From Escherichia phage vB_EcoM_PTE-Eco05, in sequence record PQ306573.1: a DNA stretch of 64,000 nt; one strand, given 5' to 3'. The translations under genes and the position numbers were made by a program. The notes beneath the pieces are model-generated. The model made no database searches. It saw only the letters and a list, made by a program, of their open reading frames with translations, and had not been told where the DNA came from. Positions 27,940-38,149 of this stretch are shown piece by piece (within the stretch, counting starts at the first letter, position 1; the number at the start of each line of letters is the position of its first letter).

Positions 27940-28959
27940 ATGAAAATTTTGCACTTAGGCGACTTCCATATCGGAGTCAAACAAGACGACCCATGGGTTC
28001 AAGATATTCAACGTGATGGTATTCGTCAAGCAATTGAATACTCTAAGAAACACGGGATTAAAACTTGGATTCAGTATGGTGATTGGTTTGACGTCCGTAA
28101 AGCAATAACACATCGTACAATGGAATTCAATCGTGAAATCGTTGATATGATTTCTAAAGCAGGCATTCACGTTCATGTCACGATAGGAAACCATGACATG
28201 GCGTTTAAGAATACAATAACACCTAACACTGTTTCTGAATTGTTAACTCAATTTGAAAACTTTACTATTTACGAGCATCCGACTACTGTAGATTTTGACG
28301 GATGTCTGATTGATATCGTTCCATGGATGTGTGAAGAAAATACAGGTGAAATCTTAGAGCACATCAAGACTTCTTCCGCAGCGTATTGTGTTGGGCACTG
28401 GGAACTGAATGGCTTTTATTTCTATAAAGGAATGAAGTCTCATGGGCTTGAACCTGATTTCTTAAAGACCTATAAACAAGTCTGGTCCGGCCACTTCCAC
28501 ACAATCTCTGAAGCTGCTAACGTCAAATATATTGGGACACCATGGACCCTTACTGCAGGCGATGAGAACGACCCGCGCGGATTCTGGGTATTTGACACTG
28601 ATGTTGAACGTATGGAATTTATTCCTAATGAAACAACATGGCATCGACGAATCACTTATCCGTTTAAAGGCAAAATCAATTATTCTGATTATACTAATCT
28701 AGCCGTACGTGTTATAGTATCAGAAATTGATTCAGAGTTGACTAAGTTTGAATCTGAACTTGAAAAAGTAGTTCACTCTCTTCGTATGGTTTCTAAAGTT
28801 GATAACAGTGTTGAATCTGATGATGACCAGGAAATCGAGATTAAATCACTTAAAGATATCATTAAAGAATATATTGACGCGATTCCAGATATCTCAGACG
28901 AAGACAGAGAAGCGCTGGTCAAATATTCCAACGAACTTTATATTGAGGCAACACAATGA
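27940..28959 (+). CDS. 47: recombination endonuclease subunit (Mre11-like)
   Basis: 339 aa; phosphoesterase motifs LGDFHIG, GNHD. Confidence 0.93.
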   Translation: MKILHLGDFHIGVKQDDPWVQDIQRDGIRQAIEYSKKHGIKTWIQYGDWFDVRKAITHRTMEFNREIVDMISKAGIHVHVTIGNHDMAFKNTITPNTVSELLTQFENFTIYEHPTTVDFDGCLIDIVPWMCEENTGEILEHIKTSSAAYCVGHWELNGFYFYKGMKSHGLEPDFLKTYKQVWSGHFHTISEAANVKYIGTPWTLTAGDENDPRGFWVFDTDVERMEFIPNETTWHRRITYPFKGKINYSDYTNLAVRVIVSEIDSELTKFESELEKVVHSLRMVSKVDNSVESDDDQEIEIKSLKDIIKEYIDAIPDISDEDREALVKYSNELYIEATQ

Positions 28960-29213
28960 CTTTAGATGAATTTAACAATGCTGGGCTCGGGCTTGAAGTT
29001 GAAATAGACGTTAAAGATGATGATGGATTCGAGAACACCATCAAGTATTGGATTGAGCCATTACGCGTTGAAGGCAATGAAGTTAAAGCAGTTCATGTCT
29101 GCACCGACTGGGCTATTGAATTTAGCTTTAATATAATGGACAACGATACTCCCGGCTCTATTCTTAAAATGGCTGAAGCGTGTATTGAGGATGCGTATAA
29201 TGACGAAGACTGA
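28956..29213 (+). CDS. hypothetical acidic protein
   Basis: 85-aa ORF. Confidence 0.5.
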   Translation: MTLDEFNNAGLGLEVEIDVKDDDGFENTIKYWIEPLRVEGNEVKAVHVCTDWAIEFSFNIMDNDTPGSILKMAEACIEDAYNDED

Positions 29214-29439
29214 TTATGAAATCCATCGTCATGAATTTAGTATTGGTGACGGTTATATTGGTATCGTTGAATGGACTGAGAATTACGAGGAGACAACTCC
29301 TCGTTTCTTTGGAACAATGTATGTTACCTGTGAGTATGCACCAGGTGTTGTTATGTATGCAGAACTAGATGAATATTTTGCTGATAGAGATGACATGTTA
29401 AAATATGTAGAGGACTTCATTCGAAGAGAATACATATGA
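29200..29439 (+). CDS. hypothetical protein
   Basis: in-frame ATG 29200. Confidence 0.45.
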   Translation: MTKTDYEIHRHEFSIGDGYIGIVEWTENYEETTPRFFGTMYVTCEYAPGVVMYAELDEYFADRDDMLKYVEDFIRREYI

Positions 29440-31124
29440 AATCATTTAAATTAAATCGTGTTCGTTATAAAAATATAATGTCTGTTGGGCAAAATTTTAT
29501 CGATATCCAATTAGATAAAGTCCAAAAGACCTTAATCACAGGTAAAAATGGCGGTGGTAAATCTACGATGTTAGAAGCCATTACTTTCGGACTTTTCGGT
29601 AAACCATTTCGTGATGTTAAGAAAGGACAAATCATTAATAGCACGAACAAGAAAGAGCTCTTAGTTGAGCTTTGGATGGAATTCGATGATAAAAAATACT
29701 TCATTAGACGTGGCCAAAAGCCCAATATTTTCGAAATCTCCGTTGACGGTGTTCGTCTCGATGAATCTGCCAGCAGTCGTGACTTCCAAGAAGAATTTGA
29801 ACGTAGCATCGGAATGTCATATGCGTCTTTTAAACAAATCGTTGTGCTTGGGACGGCAGGGTATACCCCTTTCATGGCTCTTAGCACCCCTGCTCGTAGA
29901 AAACTTGTCGAAGACCTTTTAGAAGTCGGCACACTCGCTGAAATGGATAAAATCAATAAGTCTCAAGTTCGCGAACTTAATTCTCAGGGACAAGTTCTTG
30001 ATGCCAAGAAAGATGGTATTATCCAACAAATTAAGATTTATAACGAGAATATCGAACGTCAAAAGAAATTATCTGGTGATAATGTAGCGCGTCTACAGAA
30101 TATGTATGACGACCTAGCCAAAGAAGCTCGTTCATTAAAAGCAGAAATCGAAGAAGCTAATGAGCGACTACTTAATATCGTTCTTGATGAAGACCCTACT
30201 GAGGCATTCAACAAGATAGGACAAGAAGCATTCTTGATTAAATCTAAAATTGACTCATATAACAAAGTTATTAAGATGTATCATGATGGCGGTACATGTC
30301 CTACTTGTGCATCACAGTTGCACCAGGGTGATCCTATTGTCTCTAAGATTACCGATAAGCTTCATGAATGTAATCACTCATTCGAGCAACTTACATGTCA
30401 CAGAGATAATCTGAGTGTCCTAGTGGACGAATATAGAGCTAATGTTAAGACTAAACAGGACCTTGCATCTGATATTCGTACCAAGAAACAAGCAATGATT
30501 GCCACTATTGATAAAGCTAAGAAAGTTAAAGCTGCAATAGAACAAGCCTCGGCGGAATTTATCGACCATGCCGATGAGATAGCTTTGCTTCAAAAAGAAC
30601 TTGATAAAATCATTAAAACAAAATCGGATATCGTTCTTGAAAAATACCATCGTGGTATTATCACAGATATGTTAAAAGATTCTGGTATTAAAGGTGCTAT
30701 CATTAAAAAATATGTGCCTCTGTTCAACAAGCAGATTAACCATTATCTTAAAATCATGGAAGCTGATTACGTGTTTTCTATTGACGAAGAATTCAATGAA
30801 TCTATAAAATCACGTGGTCGTGAAGAGTTCAGTTATGCTTCATTTAGTCAAGGCGAAAAAGCACGCATTGATATCGCGTTGTTGTTTACATGGCGAGATA
30901 TTGCTGAAAAGGTCTCTGGTGTTAAAATCAACACTCTGATTCTTGATGAGGTTTTTGATGGGGCAGTTGATTCTGAAGCTGTTAAGGCTATAGATACCAT
31001 TCTTGGAAGTTTACAAAATACTAACGTGTTCATTATTTCTCATAGGGACCATGACCCTCAACGTTATGGACAACATTTGCAAATGAGCAAAGTTGGACGA
31101 TTTACTGTAATGACTGTTTCATAA
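29436..31124 (+). CDS. 46: recombination ATPase (Rad50/SbcC-like)
   Basis: 562 aa; Walker A GKNGGGKST; coiled-coil middle with CxxC hook; C-terminal LILDEVFDG. Confidence 0.93.
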   Translation: MKSFKLNRVRYKNIMSVGQNFIDIQLDKVQKTLITGKNGGGKSTMLEAITFGLFGKPFRDVKKGQIINSTNKKELLVELWMEFDDKKYFIRRGQKPNIFEISVDGVRLDESASSRDFQEEFERSIGMSYASFKQIVVLGTAGYTPFMALSTPARRKLVEDLLEVGTLAEMDKINKSQVRELNSQGQVLDAKKDGIIQQIKIYNENIERQKKLSGDNVARLQNMYDDLAKEARSLKAEIEEANERLLNIVLDEDPTEAFNKIGQEAFLIKSKIDSYNKVIKMYHDGGTCPTCASQLHQGDPIVSKITDKLHECNHSFEQLTCHRDNLSVLVDEYRANVKTKQDLASDIRTKKQAMIATIDKAKKVKAAIEQASAEFIDHADEIALLQKELDKIIKTKSDIVLEKYHRGIITDMLKDSGIKGAIIKKYVPLFNKQINHYLKIMEADYVFSIDEEFNESIKSRGREEFSYASFSQGEKARIDIALLFTWRDIAEKVSGVKINTLILDEVFDGAVDSEAVKAIDTILGSLQNTNVFIISHRDHDPQRYGQHLQMSKVGRFTVMTVS

Positions 31125-31159
31125 ACGCTTTAACACGATGTGGTTATAATGACCACATC
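31124..31159 (+). promoter_or_regulatory. MotA-box-like middle promoter with a perfect 8-bp palindrome flanking the -10
   Basis: AACGCTTTA, 12 nt, TATAAT; GATGTGGT / ACCACATC (31137-31144 / 31152-31159). Confidence 0.45.
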
Positions 31160-31178
31160 AAATTAAATGGAGAACAAC

Positions 31179-31367
31179 ATGGAGTATTCAACTGGACAAC
31201 ATCTTCTCGTTGTCCCTGAAATTAAAAAATATGTTTTGACCAATACGTTTTCAGGTGAAGAACATATTGTCACTGAACAAATGCTCAAATCTGCTTTTAA
31301 AGATGAGTATAATAAAATAATGTCTAATCGCAATTCCGCATGGACAGTTACCGACTTCTACGAATAA
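31179..31367 (+). CDS. hypothetical protein
   Basis: ATG 31179 after GGAG. Confidence 0.45.
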   Translation: MEYSTGQHLLVVPEIKKYVLTNTFSGEEHIVTEQMLKSAFKDEYNKIMSNRNSAWTVTDFYE

Positions 31368-31379
31368 GAGAGAAATAAT

Positions 31380-31796
31380 ATGTTTACTACTGCTAAAGGT
31401 TTTACCGCTGCTGATCTGAAAGTTACTTCTATCCGTACTGACGCTAACCCGCATAACCATAATCGTGTTCGTAAAGCATGGGTCCTGCATTGTGATGACG
31501 CAAGTGCTAAAAAACTCCAATCTTTGCCACAAGAAACTCGTTTTATGATTTATGGTTTTATTGATAACGATGTGTCGGATATGTGGATTCATTTGATGCG
31601 TAAGCACTATAAAGATTCTATTGAAGCTGGCGGAAAAATCGTTCTTGATAAAGACGGTTCTGAACGCCTTGAAGATTTTTACTGTGTTGATGCCGACGAA
31701 CAACTAATTGCAGCTGGCGAAATTGTTGCTTCTAAAATTCCAGAATATATTGAATCACTGCCTGAAGCTATTAAAAAGCAGATGGTTGCTGCATAA
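31380..31796 (+). CDS. rpbA: RNA-polymerase-binding protein RpbA-like (call by position)
   Basis: 138-aa ORF between 46 and 45, where T4 has rpbA. Confidence 0.45.
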   Translation: MFTTAKGFTAADLKVTSIRTDANPHNHNRVRKAWVLHCDDASAKKLQSLPQETRFMIYGFIDNDVSDMWIHLMRKHYKDSIEAGGKIVLDKDGSERLEDFYCVDADEQLIAAGEIVASKIPEYIESLPEAIKKQMVAA

Positions 31797-31838
31797 TAAA
31801 TTTGTTATAAACTTTGAATTGTCTTGAAAGGAAATAAA

Positions 31839-32525
31839 ATGAAACTGTCTAAAGATACTATCGCTATTCTGAAAAACTTCGCTTCTATTAACTCTGGCAT
31901 TCTGCTGAGTCAAGGTAAATTTATTATGACTCGTGCAGTTAATGGCACCACTTATGCGGAAGCAAATATCTCTGATGAAATTGATTTTGACGTAGCACTT
32001 TATGATTTGAATAGCTTCTTAAGCATTTTGAGTCTAGTGTCTGATGATGCCGAAATTTCAATGCATACTGATGGCAATATTAAAATTGCAGATACACGTT
32101 CCACAGTTTATTGGCCTGCCGCTGACAAGAGCACCATTGTTTTTCCTAATAAGCCAATTCAATTCCCAGTGGCTTCTGTGATTACTGAAATTAAAGCTGA
32201 AGACCTTCAACAATTGCTTCGAGTTTCACGTGGTCTTCAGATTGATACAATTGCTATTACAAATAAAGATGGTAAAATTGTTATCAATGGCTACAATAAA
32301 GTTGAAGATTCTGGACTAACTCGTCCTAAGTATTCTTTGACTCTTACCGATTATGATGGTTCTAACAACTTTAACTTCGTAATCAATATGGCTAATATGA
32401 AAATCCAGCCAGGTAACTATAAAGTAATGTTGTGGGGAGCTGGTGATAAAGTTGCAGCCAAGTTTGAAAGCTCTCAAGTAAGTTATGTTATTGCGATGGA
32501 AGCCGATTCTACTCACGACTTCTAA
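31839..32525 (+). CDS. 45: sliding clamp
   Basis: MKLSKDTIAILKNFASINSG... near-identical to T4 gp45. Confidence 0.95.
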   Translation: MKLSKDTIAILKNFASINSGILLSQGKFIMTRAVNGTTYAEANISDEIDFDVALYDLNSFLSILSLVSDDAEISMHTDGNIKIADTRSTVYWPAADKSTIVFPNKPIQFPVASVITEIKAEDLQQLLRVSRGLQIDTIAITNKDGKIVINGYNKVEDSGLTRPKYSLTLTDYDGSNNFNFVINMANMKIQPGNYKVMLWGAGDKVAAKFESSQVSYVIAMEADSTHDF

Positions 32526-32600
32526 GTCAAAGCTTTACGTTTATTGTGATACGATTATGGAGGAGAAATCCTCCAGTTTAATGATAATGAGGAAAATTAC

Positions 32601-33563
32601 ATGATTACTATCAATTCCAAAGAACACATTCTAGAACAGAAATATCGTCCTTCTTCCATTGACGAATGTATTCTGCCTGCGTATGACCATGAAACATTCA
32701 AGTCTTTAGTATCTAAAGGAAAACTTCCTCATATTATTTTGCACTCTCCATCTCCTGGTACTGGTAAAACAACCGTGGCAAAAGCATTATGTAACGATAT
32801 CAACGCTGAAATGATGTTCGTCAACGGTTCTGATTGTAAAATTGATTTTGTACGTGGTCCGTTAACTGCATTCGCTCGTTCAGTCTCAATGGAAGGCAAG
32901 CCGAAAGTTATCGTTATCGATGAATTTGACCGTAGTGGCCTCGCCGAATCACAACGTCACCTTCGTACGTTTATGGAAGAATTCTCTAGTAACTGTTCTA
33001 TTATTATTACTGCTAACAACATCGATGGAATTATCGAACCGTTACGTAGTCGTTGTCGAGTTATCGAATTCGGACGTCCAACCGAAGAAGATAAAATCTC
33101 GATGATGAAGAAAATGATTCATCGTATGGTTGAAATCTGTAAGAATGAAAATATCGAAATCGCTGATATGAAAGTTGTTGCAGCTCTGGTTAAAAAGAAC
33201 TTCCCGGACTTTCGTCGTACAATTGGACAATTAGATCAGTACTCGTCTAAAGGTGTTCTTGATGCAGGTATTCTGTCTATCGTAACTAATGACCGTGGCA
33301 CAGTCTCTGATGTTATTGAAGCAATGAAGAACAAAGATATCAAACAACTTCGTGCATTAGCTCCAAAATATGCTGCAGATTATTCATGGTTCATCGATAA
33401 ATTAGTTTCAGAATGTTATGACCAAGTTGCACCTGGTAAAAGTATTATTTCGCTTTACGAAATTGCAGGCGAAAATAATAAGTTTCATGGATTAGCTAGT
33501 AATATTGAATTACATGTTATGTATATGCTTCTTCAATTGACTTGTGAATTGACTTGGAAATAA
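32601..33563 (+). CDS. 44: clamp loader large subunit
   Basis: [17 protein letters not shown]...[10 protein letters not shown]...VIVIDEFDR close to T4 gp44. Confidence 0.95.
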   Translation: MITINSKEHILEQKYRPSSIDECILPAYDHETFKSLVSKGKLPHIILHSPSPGTGKTTVAKALCNDINAEMMFVNGSDCKIDFVRGPLTAFARSVSMEGKPKVIVIDEFDRSGLAESQRHLRTFMEEFSSNCSIIITANNIDGIIEPLRSRCRVIEFGRPTEEDKISMMKKMIHRMVEICKNENIEIADMKVVAALVKKNFPDFRRTIGQLDQYSSKGVLDAGILSIVTNDRGTVSDVIEAMKNKDIKQLRALAPKYAADYSWFIDKLVSECYDQVAPGKSIISLYEIAGENNKFHGLASNIELHVMYMLLQLTCELTWK

Positions 33564-33564
33564 T

Positions 33565-34128
33565 ATGAACTTATTCGATGATGACGTCCGGCTTAACGAG
33601 CACCAAATTGCATGGAAGTCTAATGACGCTGATGCGATTCAAAAATGTGCTGATATGTTTAAAGAAAAACCTGAGAATGAATTCTTTAAAATCATTAATG
33701 CTATTAATGAAAAGAAATCTATGTCAATTGCTCAGGTCGACTACTCAAAATTTATGGTTGAGAACTCATTATCCCAGTTCCCAGAATGTATGCCAGCTGT
33801 TTACATGATGAACTTAGTCGGTTCTGAATTAAGTGATGAAGCGCACTTCAACTATATGATGGCGGCAATTCCGCGTGGTCGTCGATTCTCTAAATGGGCT
33901 AAACTAGTCGAAGACACTTCAGAGTTACTAGTTATCAAACTGTTGATGAAACGTTACACAATCAACATGAATGATGCTACCGAGTATAAGCGGCTCCTTG
34001 AAAAAAATAACAAGTTGCCAATAGTCCTTAAAGAACTGAAGGCCATGGTCACTGATGAGTTTCTCAAAGAAGTTACAAAAAATGTGAAAGAACAAAAACA
34101 ATTTAAAAAATTAGCATTGGAATGGTAA
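33565..34128 (+). CDS. 62: clamp loader small subunit
   Basis: 187 aa directly downstream of 44. Confidence 0.85.
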   Translation: MNLFDDDVRLNEHQIAWKSNDADAIQKCADMFKEKPENEFFKIINAINEKKSMSIAQVDYSKFMVENSLSQFPECMPAVYMMNLVGSELSDEAHFNYMMAAIPRGRRFSKWAKLVEDTSELLVIKLLMKRYTINMNDATEYKRLLEKNNKLPIVLKELKAMVTDEFLKEVTKNVKEQKQFKKLALEW

Positions 34129-34130
34129 AA

Positions 34131-34499
34131 ATGATTGAAATTAAATTGAAGAACCCTGAAGATTTTCTGAAAGTCAAAGAGACTTTGACCCGTATGGGCA
34201 TCGCTAATAACAAGGATAAAGTTCTTTATCAGTCCTGTCATATCCTCCAAAAGCAAGGTAAATACTACATCGTCCACTTTAAAGAAATGTTGCGTATGGA
34301 CGGACGTCAAGTTGATATCGATGGTGAAGACTATCAGCGACGTGATTCGATTGCCCAGTTGCTTGAAGACTGGGGATTGATTGTTATTGAAGACTCTGCT
34401 CGTGAAGATCTGTTTGGCCTTACTAATAACTTCCGTGTTATCTCTTTTAAACAGAAAGATGACTGGACTTTGAAAGCAAAATATACAATTGGTAATTAA
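34131..34499 (+). CDS. regA: translational repressor RegA
   Basis: MIEIKLKNPEDFLKVKETLTRMGIANNKDKVLYQSCHILQK... close to T4 RegA. Confidence 0.93.
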   Translation: MIEIKLKNPEDFLKVKETLTRMGIANNKDKVLYQSCHILQKQGKYYIVHFKEMLRMDGRQVDIDGEDYQRRDSIAQLLEDWGLIVIEDSAREDLFGLTNNFRVISFKQKDDWTLKAKYTIGN

Positions 34500-34504
34500 A
34501 GCAA

Positions 34505-34523
34505 TGGGACTTCGGTCCCATTT
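34505..34523 (+). terminator. rho-independent terminator (UUCG tetraloop)
   Basis: TGGGAC-TTCG-GTCCCA-TTT. Confidence 0.6.
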
Positions 34524-34580
34524 GGAGTATAATAAGTTCATCAACAAACAAAAGACAATAACTCGTCTAAAGGAAATTAA

Positions 34581-37292
34581 ATGAAAGAATTTTACTTAAC
34601 GGTTGAACAGATTGGTGATTCAATTTTTGAACGTTACATCGATTCTAATGGCCGTGAACGTACTCGTGAAGTAGAATATAAACCATCACTGTTTGCTCAT
34701 TGTCCAGAAAGTCAGGCTACGAAATATTTCGATATCTACGGTAAGCCGTGTACTCGTAAGTTGTTCGCTAATATGCGTGCTGCCTCCCAATGGATTAAAC
34801 GCATGGAAGATATCGGACTTGAAGCACTTGGCATGGACGATTTCAAATTGGCGTATTTGACTGACACTTATAACTATGAAATCAAATACGACCATACAAA
34901 AATTCGTGTGGCTAACTTCGACATCGAAGTAACATCTCCGGACGGGTTCCCTGAGCCGTCACAAGCAAAACATCCGATTGATGCTATCACCCATTATGAC
35001 TCAATTGACGACAGGTTCTACGTATTTGATCTATTGAATTCTCCATATGGTAATGTAGAAGAATGGTCTATTGAAATCGCTGCTAAGCTTCAAGAACAAG
35101 GCGGTGATGAAGTTCCATCCGAAATTATCGATAAAATCATTTATATGCCGTTCGATAACGAAAAAGAATTGTTGATGGAATATCTCAACTTCTGGCAACA
35201 GAAAACTCCTGTCATTTTGACTGGATGGAACGTTGAGTCATTTGATATTCCATATGTGTATAACCGAATCAAGAATATTTTTGGCGAATCTACTGCGAAA
35301 CGTTTATCACCACATCGTAAAACTCGTGTTAAAGTTATCGAAAACATGTATGGTTCTCGTGAAATCATTACATTGTTCGGTATCTCTGTTCTTGATTACA
35401 TTGACCTTTACAAAAAATTCTCTTTTACCAATCAACCGTCGTATTCTCTGGATTACATTTCAGAATTTGAATTGAACGTCGGTAAACTGAAATACGACGG
35501 CCCTATTTCTAAGCTTCGTGAAAGCAATCACCAACGATATATTTCTTATAACATTATCGACGTGTATCGTGTATTGCAAATTGATGCTAAGCGTCAGTTC
35601 ATCAACTTGAGTTTGGACATGGGTTATTATGCTAAGATACAGATTCAATCTGTGTTTAGCCCAATTAAAACATGGGATGCTATTATCTTTAATAGCCTTA
35701 AAGAGCAGAACAAGGTGATTCCACAAGGTCGTTCTCACCCGGTTCAACCTTATCCTGGCGCTTTTGTTAAGGAACCTATTCCAAATCGATACAAATATGT
35801 AATGAGTTTCGACCTTACATCTCTGTATCCAAGTATTATTCGCCAAGTGAATATTAGCCCGGAAACAATAGCAGGAACGTTTAAAGTAGCTCCACTGCAT
35901 GATTATATTAACGCAATCGCTGAACGTCCTTCAGATGTGTACAGTTGTTCTCCTAACGGCATGATGTATTATAAAGACCGTGATGGTGTAGTTCCAACTG
36001 AAATCACTAAGGTCTTTAATCAACGTAAAGAACATAAAGGTTACATGCTTGCAGCTCAACGTAATGGTGAAATAATTAAAGAGGCCTTACATAATCCTAA
36101 TCTTTCTGTTGACGAACCATTAGATGTTGATTATCGTTTCGACTTCAGTGATGAGATTAAAGAAAAGATTAAAAAGTTGTCTGCTAAATCTCTTAATGAA
36201 ATGTTGTTTAGAGCTCAACGTACTGAAGTTGCAGGTATGACTGCACAGATTAACCGTAAATTGCTCATCAACTCACTTTATGGTGCACTCGGCAACGTTT
36301 GGTTCCGTTATTACGATTTGCGTAATGCTACTGCAATCACAACATTTGGTCAAATGGCTTTACAGTGGATTGAACGTAAAGTTAATGAATATCTGAATGA
36401 AGTTTGTGGTACAGAAGGTGAAGCTTTCGTTCTTTATGGTGATACAGACTCTATTTACGTATCTGCTGATAAAATTATCGATAAGGTTGGTGAATCTAAA
36501 TTCCGTGATACCAACCATTGGGTAGACTTCTTAGATAAGTTTGCACGTGAACGTATGGAACCAGCTATTGATAGAGGTTTCCGTGAAATGTGTGAATACA
36601 TGAACAATAAACAACACTTAATGTTCATGGACCGAGAAGCTATCGCTGGGCCTCCGCTTGGTTCTAAAGGTATTGGCGGATTTTGGACTGGTAAGAAACG
36701 TTATGCATTAAACGTGTGGGATATGGAAGGTACTCGTTACGCTGAGCCTAAACTCAAAATCATGGGTCTAGAGACTCAGAAATCTTCGACTCCTAAAGCA
36801 GTACAGAAAGCTCTTAAAGAATGTATTCGTCGTATGCTTCAAGAAGGTGAAGAATCATTACAAGAATATTTTAAAGAGTTTGAAAAAGAATTCCGTCAAT
36901 TGAATTATATTAGCATCGCGTCGGTATCTTCTGCGAATAACATTGCTAAATACGACGTAGGTGGATTCCCGGGTCCTAAATGCCCGTTCCATATTCGTGG
37001 AATTCTGACGTATAACCGAGCTATCAAAGGTAATATTGATGCACCACAAGTTGTAGAAGGTGAAAAAGTATATGTTCTGCCTTTACGTGAAGGAAACCCA
37101 TTCGGTGATAAATGTATCGCATGGCCTTCTGGTACTGAAATCACAGATTTAATTAAAGACGATGTACTTCATTGGATGGACTACACTGTTCTCCTTGAGA
37201 AGACATTTATTAAACCGCTTGAAGGATTCACATCAGCAGCTAAACTCGATTACGAGAAGAAAGCATCTCTGTTCGATATGTTTGATTTTTGA
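34581..37292 (+). CDS. 43: DNA polymerase (family B)
   Basis: 903 aa; exonuclease and polymerase motifs (FDIE, YGDTDS, KILINSLYG) close to T4 gp43. Confidence 0.97.
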   Translation: MKEFYLTVEQIGDSIFERYIDSNGRERTREVEYKPSLFAHCPESQATKYFDIYGKPCTRKLFANMRAASQWIKRMEDIGLEALGMDDFKLAYLTDTYNYEIKYDHTKIRVANFDIEVTSPDGFPEPSQAKHPIDAITHYDSIDDRFYVFDLLNSPYGNVEEWSIEIAAKLQEQGGDEVPSEIIDKIIYMPFDNEKELLMEYLNFWQQKTPVILTGWNVESFDIPYVYNRIKNIFGESTAKRLSPHRKTRVKVIENMYGSREIITLFGISVLDYIDLYKKFSFTNQPSYSLDYISEFELNVGKLKYDGPISKLRESNHQRYISYNIIDVYRVLQIDAKRQFINLSLDMGYYAKIQIQSVFSPIKTWDAIIFNSLKEQNKVIPQGRSHPVQPYPGAFVKEPIPNRYKYVMSFDLTSLYPSIIRQVNISPETIAGTFKVAPLHDYINAIAERPSDVYSCSPNGMMYYKDRDGVVPTEITKVFNQRKEHKGYMLAAQRNGEIIKEALHNPNLSVDEPLDVDYRFDFSDEIKEKIKKLSAKSLNEMLFRAQRTEVAGMTAQINRKLLINSLYGALGNVWFRYYDLRNATAITTFGQMALQWIERKVNEYLNEVCGTEGEAFVLYGDTDSIYVSADKIIDKVGESKFRDTNHWVDFLDKFARERMEPAIDRGFREMCEYMNNKQHLMFMDREAIAGPPLGSKGIGGFWTGKKRYALNVWDMEGTRYAEPKLKIMGLETQKSSTPKAVQKALKECIRRMLQEGEESLQEYFKEFEKEFRQLNYISIASVSSANNIAKYDVGGFPGPKCPFHIRGILTYNRAIKGNIDAPQVVEGEKVYVLPLREGNPFGDKCIAWPSGTEITDLIKDDVLHWMDYTVLLEKTFIKPLEGFTSAAKLDYEKKASLFDMFDF

Positions 37293-37332
37293 TATAATGC
37301 CAAGGACGGCCAACTAATTAAATGAGAGAAAT

Positions 37333-37968
37333 ATGAAAACTACACCAATCACTATCGCTATTGACGCAATCGTAAAACAAGCTTCATCTCTTGCCACTAT
37401 GGCTAAAGTAATTAGTCAAAACCCTGCTCGGTATAATGCTATTCTTGAAACTCTTCGTCGCCCTGGACTGAGTAATTATGAAAGTCGTGTAATTATTACA
37501 GGTGTTGGTAAGAACGCTAATATCGCAACTAAAGCTTCCGAGACTTTTGCTTCACTAGGTATTCCTAGCATGTATTTGAACACTGGGCATTATTCTCATG
37601 GTGACGCAGGATTTATTGCACCTAATGATGTATTAGTTCACATCAGCCGTTCTGGTAAGACTGAAGAAATGATAGGTGTTGCTAAACATCTTCGTATGAT
37701 TCGTCCTCAGGTTAAACAGATTCTGTTACATTGTAACCCTGACATTCCACAAGAATACGAAGCTCTTTTTGATTATACGTTCTGTACTGGTATCGCGGTA
37801 GAAGTTGACGAGAACTCTTTAGCTCCGACAATGTCTACTACATTGTTGTTAGCGCTTATCGATACGTTCGCTATCAACCTTTCGTCTGAACGTGGATTTA
37901 CCTCTAATGATTTCCTTAAGTTCCATCCAGGCGGTGCACTAGGTGCCATGTTACGAGGCGAACAATGA
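37333..37968 (+). CDS. SIS-domain sugar-phosphate isomerase, KdsD/GutQ-like arabinose-5-phosphate isomerase
   Basis: ITGVGKNANIATKASETFASLGIPS...HGDAGFIAPNDVLVHISRSGKTEE...LAPTMSTTLLLALID...HPGGALG matches API SIS motifs; no CBS domains. Confidence 0.8.
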   Translation: MKTTPITIAIDAIVKQASSLATMAKVISQNPARYNAILETLRRPGLSNYESRVIITGVGKNANIATKASETFASLGIPSMYLNTGHYSHGDAGFIAPNDVLVHISRSGKTEEMIGVAKHLRMIRPQVKQILLHCNPDIPQEYEALFDYTFCTGIAVEVDENSLAPTMSTTLLLALIDTFAINLSSERGFTSNDFLKFHPGGALGAMLRGEQ

Positions 37969-38107
37969 AAGCAATATCAATAGGACTTTTACTATTGATG
38001 CTTGTCATGACTATCTACTGGAGCTTAACGGCTCCAGTAATGATTCCAACACTTGTAATTGGATGGATTATGATTGGACTACAAGCAAAGTATGAATGCT
38101 TTAACTA
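37965..38107 (+). CDS. small hydrophobic membrane peptide (47 aa)
   Basis: ATGA overlap with upstream stop; MKAISIGLLLLMLVMTIYW... Confidence 0.35.
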
Positions 38108-38149
38108 GAATAGTGTACAATACTCCTACTTACCAATGAGGACTTCAAC

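Noticed and set aside
33954-34547. 197-aa minus-strand ORF antisense to gene 62 and regA
   Set aside because: Lies entirely inside strongly supported + strand genes and has no RBS; treated as a chance antisense frame. The same applies to other minus-strand track ORFs inside 43, 46, 41 and nrdD.
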